In this document: positions 49,923-58,569 of the stretch, one piece after another | Numbering within the stretch: the stretch's first letter is position 1 | How the letters are laid out: each line of letters opens with the position of its first letter | Virus record (IMG/VR): IMGVR_UViG_3300018063_000012 | Coordinates: 1 to 64,000 of that record | DNA length: 64,000 nt | Direction: 5' to 3' (one strand) | Source of the DNA: a virus | Notes under the pieces: model-generated | Databases searched by the model: none | The model's input: the letters and a program-made list of their open reading frames with translations, nothing else | Told to the model about the DNA's origin: nothing | Program-made: the position numbers and the translations under genes

Positions 49923-50264
49923 ATGGCTTGGTCAGATGCCGCAAGAGAGGCTTCAGCAAGAGCACGTAAAGGGGGATTTGGTAGATTACGTGCGGCAGTA
50001 GATAAAAGACGTAAACAACAATTAGAAGGGAGTAGTGTACTATCCTTAAAAAATATTAATCAACTTAAACGGATTCGTAATCGTCAAGCTCGTCGAATTG
50101 AATCTAAAGTTAAAAGTTTACGAGCTAAAGCTACTGGCACATATGCCGGACACCCATCAGATAGACGAGCGCATAGAGCAAACTTAAGACTTCGTAAATT
50201 ACAAAGCTCTAAATCAGGAAGTATGGCTGGAGTTAATTGGCATATAAATAGAGGTGGACGGTAA
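49923..50264 (+). CDS. Basic MAW-tag family protein, array member 4
   Basis: MAWSDAAREASARARK...RGGR. Confidence 0.8.
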   Translation: MAWSDAAREASARARKGGFGRLRAAVDKRRKQQLEGSSVLSLKNINQLKRIRNRQARRIESKVKSLRAKATGTYAGHPSDRRAHRANLRLRKLQSSKSGSMAGVNWHINRGGR

Positions 50265-50587
50265 TGGCTTGGACAGACGAAGCCCGTAGAGCATCTGCTT
50301 TAGCAAGAATTAATCGCGGACCTAAACGTGCTAAATATGAACGTGTTATCCGTAAAGTTGATAGGGCGATTAAGAATGACCGTCAAACTATTAATAATAT
50401 GCAAAAAGTTATTGCTGGAATGCGGAAGGTTAGACCGGCGATAAGGGAAGTTCAGAAAGCACAGAAACAGTTAGGTAAATATTCTAAACGGTTCCAAATA
50501 AATAAAAAGAGGGCATTGAGAGTGAGACTACGATATCCCGGTTTTTCAGGTTATAAAGGAATTGATATAGCTAAAGGAGGCAGATAA
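50264..50587 (+). CDS. Basic MAW-tag family protein, array member 5
   Basis: MAWTDEARRASALAR...KGGR. Confidence 0.8.
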   Translation: MAWTDEARRASALARINRGPKRAKYERVIRKVDRAIKNDRQTINNMQKVIAGMRKVRPAIREVQKAQKQLGKYSKRFQINKKRALRVRLRYPGFSGYKGIDIAKGGR

Positions 50588-50908
50588 ATGGCTTGGTCAG
50601 ATGCGGCACGAGAGGCCTCAGCAAGAGCACGTAGAGGAAACAGACGGATTAACCCTACTGTAGCAGTAAGTAGAAGTAAAGGGATTTCGTAAGCTTCCGA
50701 AGGACAAAGAGAGGTAACTATAACTGGACGCCGTTCCTGGAAGGCAAAGATATACCATCCGGGGAAGGGGTCACTGAAAAGACTTAGAAAACTTATTAGA
50801 GCAAGTAAAAAGAGTGGAAATGTCAAAAATGAGACACGGAGACCGCTGCGATACACAAAAGGAGCTACTAAATTACATACATTTTTTCTAATTAAAGGTG
50901 GTCGTTAA
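50588..50908 (+). pseudogene. MAW-tag family array member 6 with in-frame TAA at 50690
   Basis: MAWSDAAREASARARRG...KGIS*ASEG...IKGGR* in a single frame. Confidence 0.75.
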
Positions 50909-50967
50909 AAAGTGGTATCAGAAAGAGTAAAAGATACCGAACATTATATTATTAGAGGTGGACGATA

Positions 50968-51240
50968 ATGGCTTGGGGACCTGAGGCAAGAGCGGCTAGT
51001 GCTTTGGCTAGACGAACGAGCAGAGGATTTGCAAAATTAAATAGACAGAAACGTTTAACTCTTAAACATGCATCCAAATTGACAATGTTACATAAGAAGC
51101 TTTCTGGCATAGGTAATGTAATAGGTAAAAATCATCCTATGTATAAGATCGCCCAAAAACGGTCAGCAAGAGTGTTTCGTAAATTACAATCACTGAAAAG
51201 TAAACGTCCAGAATATTTTGTGAGTAGAGGTGGACGGTAA
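50968..51240 (+). CDS. Basic MAW-tag family protein, array member 7
   Basis: MAWGPEARAASALARR...RGGR. Confidence 0.8.
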   Translation: MAWGPEARAASALARRTSRGFAKLNRQKRLTLKHASKLTMLHKKLSGIGNVIGKNHPMYKIAQKRSARVFRKLQSLKSKRPEYFVSRGGR

Positions 51241-51572
51241 TGGCTTGGTCAGATGCGGCACGAGCCGCCAGCGCTCAAGTTAGACGTCAGAGAGGTAAGA
51301 CTCTAACTGGATCTAAATTAACACCGGCAGGTGCTAAACCATTACAGAAACAGTTAGCGCGACTACGCGTCACAAGACAATCCCAGCGGAGAAACGCATT
51401 AGCAGATTTTAGGCTTAAACATGTCACCAAAACTTCACCCGGAATGCGAAAAATATCATTTGCTGAACGCAGGAAATTTTTGAGAGGATATAGAGGGACT
51501 AAAGAGAAAATAAGTAAAACATTGAAACGATTGAGATTCGTTAGAAATGCATCTAAGAGAGGGGGCAGATAG
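51240..51572 (+). CDS. Basic MAW-tag family protein, array member 8
   Basis: MAWSDAARAASAQVRRQRGK...RGGR; first 51 nt identical to 49399. Confidence 0.8.
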   Translation: MAWSDAARAASAQVRRQRGKTLTGSKLTPAGAKPLQKQLARLRVTRQSQRRNALADFRLKHVTKTSPGMRKISFAERRKFLRGYRGTKEKISKTLKRLRFVRNASKRGGR

Positions 51573-51573
51573 T

Positions 51574-51876
51574 ATGAAGGGACGACCAATTAAATCATTT
51601 ACCGGAGCGCAATCAAATGTTCCATTAGCCGCCGCAGGTGAAAAGTTTTTGTTATATGGTTTTACATATGTTGGTACTGGAACCGGAAATTTAGCGGGAT
51701 TAAACGATACGTTTTATTTCGCATCATCTACAGCAGGTGATATGAGATCGGAAAATTTTGAGGAACCTATTGAATTAATTGGTCCCGTTCTTTTAACTAT
51801 AACTACAGGGGGTAATTTAACTCTTGTGGGTAAAGTACTTAAGGAGATTGCGACTGGTAAGATAGGAACAAACTGA
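51574..51876 (+). CDS. Probable small structural protein
   Basis: Beta-rich ORF starting MKGRPIK. Confidence 0.5.
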   Translation: MKGRPIKSFTGAQSNVPLAAAGEKFLLYGFTYVGTGTGNLAGLNDTFYFASSTAGDMRSENFEEPIELIGPVLLTITTGGNLTLVGKVLKEIATGKIGTN

Positions 51877-51885
51877 GGATTAGTA

Positions 51886-52254
51886 ATGAATGGGAAGGAT
51901 ATAAAATCACTGGAAGAACTGGTAGGACATTTTATCGAGTTTAAAGAAACAGTGAAAGAAAGATTAGATAGGATTGAAAAGAAGGCAGATAAAGCGGCAA
52001 ATTTAGCAGAGTCAATAGCTACGACTGTTAAATCAGATATGCAAACCCTGAAAGATAGTATTAACTCTACAGAGACTGAATTAAAAAATCAAGGAAAGAC
52101 ATTTACCATATTAGCACAGATTCCTAAAGTCGCACGTATTATCATATCAATCTTCGTTGCATTCGGCGGATTGGCTGTGGTAGCATTCCTCATTAATAAT
52201 TGGAGTAAAATAATCTTCTGGTTTAAAGGTAAGCTTGGAGCTGGGGGTCTATAA
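51886..52254 (+). CDS. Holin/antiholin-like membrane protein
   Basis: Coiled coil + C-terminal TM, upstream of endolysin. Confidence 0.55.
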   Translation: MNGKDIKSLEELVGHFIEFKETVKERLDRIEKKADKAANLAESIATTVKSDMQTLKDSINSTETELKNQGKTFTILAQIPKVARIIISIFVAFGGLAVVAFLINNWSKIIFWFKGKLGAGGL

Positions 52255-52536
52255 ATGGAACTGATGAACAATGTAATAAAGGCCAAAGAATCCTTTAAAC
52301 GACTGGAGTTACATAAATCTATCAGAGAAAACTACAAGAGTAGGAAGTTTATTTCCTTCTGCGTAGTCTGGTCCTTCGGAAGCTTGATGTTTTATATGAA
52401 AGCGATGACCGCCGCTGAATGGATCGGATTCTCCGAATGGCTATTAGGTATATTTTTCTTTTTCAATATCGCCGACAAATCGGGGTTACTGGGGATGATT
52501 AAGAAACAGGATAGCGATACTGAGAGATTGAAATGA
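52255..52536 (+). CDS. Holin
   Basis: SRKF + two TM helices + N...K, in lysis context. Confidence 0.65.
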   Translation: MELMNNVIKAKESFKRLELHKSIRENYKSRKFISFCVVWSFGSLMFYMKAMTAAEWIGFSEWLLGIFFFFNIADKSGLLGMIKKQDSDTERLK

Positions 52537-52994
52537 AGTCTATAATTCAGATAGAAAAAGATAGGGAGTATCAACGACTTTATAAAATAAAGAAGTCTAT
52601 AATTCAGATAGAAAAAGATAGGGAGTATCAACGACTTTATAAAATAAAGAATAGAGATAAGATTAATAGTCAAGTCCAAGCGTGGGTTAAAAATCATCCT
52701 GACTATTATCCCGAATATAGGTGTCAGTATAAGTACCAAATATCATTTAAAGATAAACAAGATATGCTGATTAACCAGAATTCTGAATGTGCTATCTGTA
52801 GACAATTACTACAGATAGATAAAGCGTTTATTGACCATGACCACAAATCAAGTAAGATACGAGGATTACTGTGTTATAATTGTAATATGGGGATAGGTCA
52901 TTTACATGATTCTATAGTTGTTCTTGAACAAGCTATTGAATATCTAAAAATATATGCTACGGATACTTCTACAACGACTAAAGATAAAAGGTAA
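52533..52994 (+). CDS. Endonuclease VII-like HNH homing endonuclease
   Basis: Q..ECAIC, IDHDH....IRGLLCYNCN.GIG. Confidence 0.85.
   Translation: MKSIIQIEKDREYQRLYKIKKSIIQIEKDREYQRLYKIKNRDKINSQVQAWVKNHPDYYPEYRCQYKYQISFKDKQDMLINQNSECAICRQLLQIDKAFIDHDHKSSKIRGLLCYNCNMGIGHLHDSIVVLEQAIEYLKIYATDTSTTTKDKR
52535..52651 (+). repeat. Perfect 57-bp tandem duplication
   Basis: KSIIQIEKDREYQRLYKIK twice, identical DNA. Confidence 0.9.
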
Positions 52995-53607
52995 TTCCGC
53001 ATACATAAAAGTGGATCCAACCGGTTTTGTGGTGCCAGAGAAGGCGCTGCTTTATCCACCGGCCGCAAAAGCATTCAATCAATACTTAGATTGGATGGCC
53101 GCAGAAAGAGAACTACACCCATTGGTAAATGACTGCTTTCGTAGTCCACAGGAGCAGATTGAAATTAAGAAAAAGAAACCGACTCTGGCATACTTGCCCG
53201 GTCAATCAGGTCACAATTGGGGGATCTCTGTAGATTTATCTACGGCATTACTACGGCAAGAGGCGACTAAGAATGGGATTAAATATGCGACTATGAGAGA
53301 AGACTTAGCACGCTTCGGGTGGACACCATCACCTAAAGAGGCGTGGCATTTTAATTTTCTAGAAGGACGCGCTGGAATTCAGGATTGGGTATCCTTTAAA
53401 TACGGGACGGCCTGGGACGGTGCAGATGATTTACCGGCGCATGATCTTCAACAGGCATTGCAGAAGTTAGGATACTATAATTTCGATACTATTAAAGCTG
53501 TTCAAGCATTCCAGAAAGACTATATGTTAGATATCGACGGTAAGGTCGGTCCTAACACCCGTAAGGTTTTACTAATAGCTACGGCAGAACTCTCTATCAT
53601 TTCCTAA
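52954..53607 (+). CDS. Endolysin: M15 peptidase + peptidoglycan-binding domain
   Basis: FRS..EQ, PG.S.H..G.SVD, E.WHF; C-terminal AVQAFQ.....DG.VGP.T. Confidence 0.88.
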   Translation: MLRILLQRLKIKGNSAYIKVDPTGFVVPEKALLYPPAAKAFNQYLDWMAAERELHPLVNDCFRSPQEQIEIKKKKPTLAYLPGQSGHNWGISVDLSTALLRQEATKNGIKYATMREDLARFGWTPSPKEAWHFNFLEGRAGIQDWVSFKYGTAWDGADDLPAHDLQQALQKLGYYNFDTIKAVQAFQKDYMLDIDGKVGPNTRKVLLIATAELSIIS

Positions 53608-53744
53608 GCTCTAACATACTATATTTTTAATTATTCTAAATTAGACATCGTTTCCTAAGTTATACTTCCTATTTTTACCAGAATCCTAAACGGGACTCTG
53701 TATATAGTTATGACAATCACTTAAATAACCCATGAGGAGGCTTT

Positions 53745-54569
53745 ATGTCACAGACAAAAACTGAAGACGAATTGAAGAAAGAGGCGGAGGAAAAAGCACA
53801 GGAAGAGGCGAAGGCTAAAGCCGAGGCTGAAAAGAAAGCTAAGGATGAGGCAGACGCGAAGGCTAAAGCAGAGGCAGAGGAAAAAGCTAAAGCAGAAGCC
53901 GAGGTTAAGAAACAGCTTGATGATTTAGTTAAGCGTGGAATTTTGAAGAAAGAGGGCGGGGTATTAGTTGAGGCGAAGTTTGACCCAACTTTGACACCAG
54001 CCTACAAAGAGTTAAACACAACGGTAGTTCAGAAAATAAGCGCCGCAACAGATAGAGTTGCACAACTCGAGAAAGAGTTGGAAAAGACTTCAAATGTCCT
54101 TAAATCAAAAGAGGATATGGAAGCGGCAGACAAACAGCGGATGACCGAGGAGTTGAGTAAATTGAAAAGTGACTTGACGATTGAAAATCAAAAGGCTCGC
54201 GAAGCCGGGATTCAATTGCTGAAGACGCAAACTGCGGTAAAAAAGGGATTGCCCTTTAACTTCTTGGCGTATGTAACTGGAGAGACGGCCGAGGCGATTG
54301 AGGCCTCAGTTGAGAAAGTAATGGGAGATTTCGCTCTTCAAGCGAATAAATTTACTAAAGAACAGTTACAAGCCGCAGAGGCCGCGGCCGCAGAGAAGGC
54401 AAGCAAGGAGACCGAGGAGAAACTAAAACCTCGGGGTAAATCAACCCAGAATGCCGCTGAACCGGGACATATCTTTACTCGCGAAGAGATTAGAAGAATG
54501 ACCTCGGCTGAATTTGCTGCAAACCGAGTCGATATCCTGCGCCAACAGAGCGAAGGATTAATAAAATAA
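53745..54569 (+). CDS. Capsid scaffolding protein
   Basis: A/E/K-rich coiled coil, C-terminal FTREEIRRM...F, directly before MCP. Confidence 0.75.
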   Translation: MSQTKTEDELKKEAEEKAQEEAKAKAEAEKKAKDEADAKAKAEAEEKAKAEAEVKKQLDDLVKRGILKKEGGVLVEAKFDPTLTPAYKELNTTVVQKISAATDRVAQLEKELEKTSNVLKSKEDMEAADKQRMTEELSKLKSDLTIENQKAREAGIQLLKTQTAVKKGLPFNFLAYVTGETAEAIEASVEKVMGDFALQANKFTKEQLQAAEAAAAEKASKETEEKLKPRGKSTQNAAEPGHIFTREEIRRMTSAEFAANRVDILRQQSEGLIK

Positions 54570-54584
54570 ACGGAGGATTAGACT

Positions 54585-55877
54585 ATGCCCAGTTCATTAG
54601 GTAGTCAGAATTTAGCACCCAACATTGCGGAAGCTTTTGGTAAACTTGTACCAGAAGTGTTTTCGCAGGAAATCGAGTTGAAGACTCGGGAATTGGGGTT
54701 TACCCGATTTCGGGATTTTGTAGTTTTGAAAGAGGATCTGCAGAAAGATCCAGGGAATTCTCTTCACATTCCTAAAGTAGCTGAATTGCGTGGTGCGCAG
54801 AGCCTCGGTCAGACTAAAATTCTGGCTGGGTCCGGTCAAGCTATTAACACTGGCTTTTTGACCCTGACTCCGACTGAATTTGGTGATGAGATTCAAATCA
54901 CCCAGTATGCTGGCCTTGTATCGCCATCTGATTTGGTAGATATGGCACGTGAACTGTTAGCCCGTCAGGCTCTGAAGTCTGAAAATTTTACAGTTCGTGA
55001 CGTTATGTTCGGAGCTTCCGCTAACCGGCGTTTCGCTGGTGGTGTGGCCGCGAAGACTGACGTTACCGCAGATTTAGACAAGGATGATATCGACGCTGTA
55101 GTCGAGAACCTTGAGAACAACGAGTCTTTGAAATGGGCAGGAGAAACCTTTATGGGTTTCATCCATCCGTTTGCGAAAACGGTCATTTTGAATGATGTTG
55201 TGAGCGCCGCTGTGTATCAGGCCGCAGTCGGTGGACAGCTGTATGCTGGTGAGATTGGTATGGTAAATAGATGCCGGTTTATCGAATCTTCCTACGTTCC
55301 TCAGGATGCATATTCTGCGGCTGGGTTGGCTTCGGCCGGTTCCTCCGGTATTACGATCGCTGATGCCAATGGTTATACTTTGGCTCCGAATCTGTGTCGA
55401 GCGGAGACGATTACCTTTACGTATACTGCTTCTGGAGATTCTTGGGCCGTGTCCGGTTCCAAATCCGGAGCGCGTAAAGCCGCTCTTTTTACTTCGACTG
55501 ATAACCCGAACGATGCTACGAAGAGTCCTGTGGTGGCGAAAGCCGCGTCATATACTGACGGTAACGCAACGACTTATAAAGTGGCGTTGGCTGTGGAAGA
55601 TGAAGATGGGAATACGATCGGCTACGATGTTGTACTGAACGCTGGCGCTATGACTGGCGCGGCCTCTGATGACACCGCTACATTGCTGATTGTGGTTCAT
55701 ACCTTGACTTCTATTTTCGGTCAGAGACATCTGGCCTTCGGTGTGATTAAGCCAGTTACCTTCTTGGGTGCTGAGGCATTTGACTATGGACGTATCGTGG
55801 GCATAGCTTGGAACGCGTTTTGGGCATGCGACTTTCTTCATAAATCATATGGATATGTCATGCAGGCTCTAAGGTAA
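54585..55877 (+). CDS. Major capsid protein (N4-gp56-like HK97 fold)
   Basis: PEVFS, G..L.IP, GFIHP, GEIG...CRFIES, DYGR..GIAW. Confidence 0.85.
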   Translation: MPSSLGSQNLAPNIAEAFGKLVPEVFSQEIELKTRELGFTRFRDFVVLKEDLQKDPGNSLHIPKVAELRGAQSLGQTKILAGSGQAINTGFLTLTPTEFGDEIQITQYAGLVSPSDLVDMARELLARQALKSENFTVRDVMFGASANRRFAGGVAAKTDVTADLDKDDIDAVVENLENNESLKWAGETFMGFIHPFAKTVILNDVVSAAVYQAAVGGQLYAGEIGMVNRCRFIESSYVPQDAYSAAGLASAGSSGITIADANGYTLAPNLCRAETITFTYTASGDSWAVSGSKSGARKAALFTSTDNPNDATKSPVVAKAASYTDGNATTYKVALAVEDEDGNTIGYDVVLNAGAMTGAASDDTATLLIVVHTLTSIFGQRHLAFGVIKPVTFLGAEAFDYGRIVGIAWNAFWACDFLHKSYGYVMQALR

Positions 55878-55915
55878 TTGAATAAGGATAATTAAGTAGT
55901 TAGTTGTATACATAT

Positions 55916-55947
55916 TGGCCGGGCCGGTTAAACCGGCCCGGCCATTT
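55916..55947 (+). terminator. Strong GC hairpin after MCP
   Basis: TGGCCGGGCCGGTT-a-AACCGGCCCGGCCA then TTT. Confidence 0.75.
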
Positions 55948-55968
55948 GTGTTAGAAAGGAGAGATAAT

Positions 55969-56154
55969 ATGGATACGAATAAACCAAACCAGAATATAGG
56001 TAACGCTAAGAAACATAGAGTATTGGTAGTGAAGGATGAGTCCTTTGAATATGGTCAGACAAAGAAAAACTTTTTTCGCGGACAGTTAATCAATATTGAA
56101 CATGAACTATATGATAAACTTAAGACAGCGGGGATTATAGTAGACGCTCCGTAG
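55969..56154 (+). CDS. Small head-associated hypothetical protein
   Basis: SD aggag before MDTNKP. Confidence 0.55.
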   Translation: MDTNKPNQNIGNAKKHRVLVVKDESFEYGQTKKNFFRGQLINIEHELYDKLKTAGIIVDAP

Positions 56155-56163
56155 GAGTTTTAA

Positions 56164-56685
56164 ATGCGTGTTTTTGAAGCCAAACAAGGCGATACCATCA
56201 TTCTGGAAAAGATCTTCGTTCGTAATGACCAGTTAAAGATAGCTTCGTCCGATGTATTAGTTTTTGTATTTGCATTACCAAGCGGATTTGAGCAGGCACC
56301 AATAGAAACATACGGAAATTACATAGGAGAGCCTTTTATAATAGGTGAGAAGGCGGTACTAAATACTGTGACTAATCGATATGAATATAGTTTGCAGGTC
56401 GGACAGTCCTGGGGATTGGGAACATACTTAGTCCGCTGGAATGCAACCATAGAGTCCGGAAATATATTTGAATGGGACCGCCTAATGATTATTGGAGCGA
56501 CAACTCAGGATATAGCGGACGTGATGGCGATGCCTAATTCTGTAACTGCTAATGGAATATCAGTTGATTATAGTCAGAAATTAGATAATCTAACAAGCCA
56601 AAGACCAATTGATGTTGGACAAATATCCAAAGATAGAGCCAGAGCAGTTCCGGATATTAGAAACAAGGACTATAAGAGAAAGTAA
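56164..56685 (+). CDS. Probable head-tail connector/structural protein
   Basis: Position; C-terminal SVTANGISVDYS. Confidence 0.5.
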   Translation: MRVFEAKQGDTIILEKIFVRNDQLKIASSDVLVFVFALPSGFEQAPIETYGNYIGEPFIIGEKAVLNTVTNRYEYSLQVGQSWGLGTYLVRWNATIESGNIFEWDRLMIIGATTQDIADVMAMPNSVTANGISVDYSQKLDNLTSQRPIDVGQISKDRARAVPDIRNKDYKRK

Positions 56686-57113
56686 TGGGAATACAGTATT
56701 TATCGGAAAAACAAATACGGCAGATGAAGATAGACTTTGAAAAGTCTGTTTTGATTGCCGGTTTTGATATTACATATAAGAAGTTCGAGAACTTAAATGA
56801 ATCGGATCCTCTATATGATGGAGAACGTAAAAAGAAGGATTTAATATATCGGAATGTCAAGATTAAAGCCCTTGTGAATCTGAACCCTCGGGCGTGGGTG
56901 ACAGATGACTTGGGTAATAGGAAAGATATAGATGCACAATTTACTATAGCTGCAAAGTCATTTGAGGATTTGCAGTTGGACGCGGTGGATGCAAGAGATA
57001 GGGTTGAGTTTGGAGACGAGGAGTATATTATAATACAGATAAGAAAAGGTCCGCTTCCGATGGGAGAGGTATTATCATATATGTTATCCTGTAAAACAAT
57101 GGTGGGAATCTAA
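56685..57113 (+). CDS. Head closure/neck protein
   Basis: DPLY.E, DA.FTI, DRV.F....Y.I. Confidence 0.6.
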   Translation: MGIQYLSEKQIRQMKIDFEKSVLIAGFDITYKKFENLNESDPLYDGERKKKDLIYRNVKIKALVNLNPRAWVTDDLGNRKDIDAQFTIAAKSFEDLQLDAVDARDRVEFGDEEYIIIQIRKGPLPMGEVLSYMLSCKTMVGI

Positions 57114-57613
57114 TGATTAAAGTCACCATAGAAAAAAATGACCTTGATAAACTTAAATCATTATTTTCTGCATTAGGGGAGAATGCTCCAAGAGCCGCCG
57201 ATGGACTTATGCAGACTATAGCATCAGATTTGAAGTTCGCCTTTAAACAGAATCTATGGGAACGTAAACTAAAATTGGAACCACTTAAACCATCATACTT
57301 ACAGAGTAAAGTTGCAATGGGTAGGTTTCCACAAATATTGATTAGCACAAGTCAAATGGTAGCGTCGGTAGAATCTCGAAAATTAGAGAACTTTGTATAC
57401 TTTATTGGAGTACCATCAGGGAAGGTGCATAAAAAGACAGGTATTAAATTGAGTGATTTGGCGATGATACATGAGTTCGGTTCAATTGCAAGAGGTATAC
57501 CACCACGTCCAGCTTGGACATTGACAGCAGTGCGATTTGAGAAACAGGTGCCAAAGATAATTGATAAGTTCCTAACTAAGTTCGCTAAAGATTTACTAGC
57601 AGGTAAAGTATAA
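57113..57613 (+). CDS. Neck/virion morphogenesis protein
   Basis: LI.T.Q..., A.IHEFG....IPPRP. Confidence 0.7.
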   Translation: MIKVTIEKNDLDKLKSLFSALGENAPRAADGLMQTIASDLKFAFKQNLWERKLKLEPLKPSYLQSKVAMGRFPQILISTSQMVASVESRKLENFVYFIGVPSGKVHKKTGIKLSDLAMIHEFGSIARGIPPRPAWTLTAVRFEKQVPKIIDKFLTKFAKDLLAGKV

Positions 57614-57936
57614 TGGCTTGGACAGAGGCCGCAAGAGCCGCGAGTGCATTAGTTAGACGACAGCGTGGTAAGAAGATTACTCCAATAGGAGATAAGAAAT
57701 TTGCCGGACTTAAACTAAAAGCAACTGGAAAATCACTAACGAAAAGAGTACCGTTCGGTATTAATAGAGCGGGGAAGACTGTATATACAAGAGTGCCGAT
57801 AAAACCAAACCTGAAGTATAAGAATAGGAAATCTAATCAACAGAAACCCTTTGTTCCAAGTGGTAGATTTTATAACGTGGTAGGACGCCACGGCTGGAAG
57901 AAGAGGATTAAAAATACAATAAAGTTGGGCGGATAA
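57613..57936 (+). CDS. Basic MAW-tag family protein (dispersed copy in neck operon)
   Basis: MAWTEAARAASALVRRQRGKKITP. Confidence 0.8.
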   Translation: MAWTEAARAASALVRRQRGKKITPIGDKKFAGLKLKATGKSLTKRVPFGINRAGKTVYTRVPIKPNLKYKNRKSNQQKPFVPSGRFYNVVGRHGWKKRIKNTIKLGG

Positions 57937-57937
57937 G

Positions 57938-58555
57938 ATGGCGGACTACGCTGATATTTTAAATATATTTGTAAAAGTTGACCAAGCTATCAAAGACGTT
58001 GTTCACGAGAAATTGATTATCCTGCAGGGAACTAATATGGAGACTAAGATACCAGCACGGATCCTTGGGGTAGAAGAAGAATTTAACTCCGCCAGCTATC
58101 CATCATTTATAGTTAATCCCTTAGATGTACGACTTGACCTAAGGAGGTTTAATGATGAACGTCAAATCGAAGATGCAACATCGCTGACTAAAAGAGTGAA
58201 AGCACCAAAACAACCTTATCTGGCGACTTACATTGTGTCGGGATTTGCCCAAAATATGCGAGTCCTCAGAGAGATGCAGTTTTTTCTTGCGTCGGCCTTT
58301 CCGGTAAATGGATTCATAACTATAAATGGAACGGAGGATATCAGGATTGACTTAAAGTCACAGGATAGTAATGTGGACTTTCCGAATAAGGAATTTGTGT
58401 CCAGAATGATTCTGGATGCTTGGATACTACTTGATGTTGATGTCACAGGAGAATTAGTGAAACGAGTATATAATACTATTACTATTTCATTCCATAATCA
58501 AGACGGACGGTCAGCAGTAGTTGATACAGAAGACTTTAGTTGGGATGTATCCTAA
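57938..58555 (+). CDS. Tail terminator/completion protein
   Basis: Position before sheath; YPS......D.R.D..R, P....Y. Confidence 0.6.
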   Translation: MADYADILNIFVKVDQAIKDVVHEKLIILQGTNMETKIPARILGVEEEFNSASYPSFIVNPLDVRLDLRRFNDERQIEDATSLTKRVKAPKQPYLATYIVSGFAQNMRVLREMQFFLASAFPVNGFITINGTEDIRIDLKSQDSNVDFPNKEFVSRMILDAWILLDVDVTGELVKRVYNTITISFHNQDGRSAVVDTEDFSWDVS

Positions 58556-58569
58556 GAGGAGATTCTAAT

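Noticed and set aside
49157-51572. CRISPR array interpretation of the repeated junctions
   Set aside because: Repeats are degenerate mainly at synonymous positions, spacers are 200-280 bp open reading frames, and no cas genes are present.
49157-51572. Diversity-generating retroelement or integron
   Set aside because: No reverse transcriptase, no adenine-specific TR/VR pair, no tyrosine integrase and no evident attC-like palindromes in the window.
55915-55968. N-terminal extension MAGPVKPARP of ORF 55915
   Set aside because: It is the terminator hairpin; the SD supports a start at 55969.
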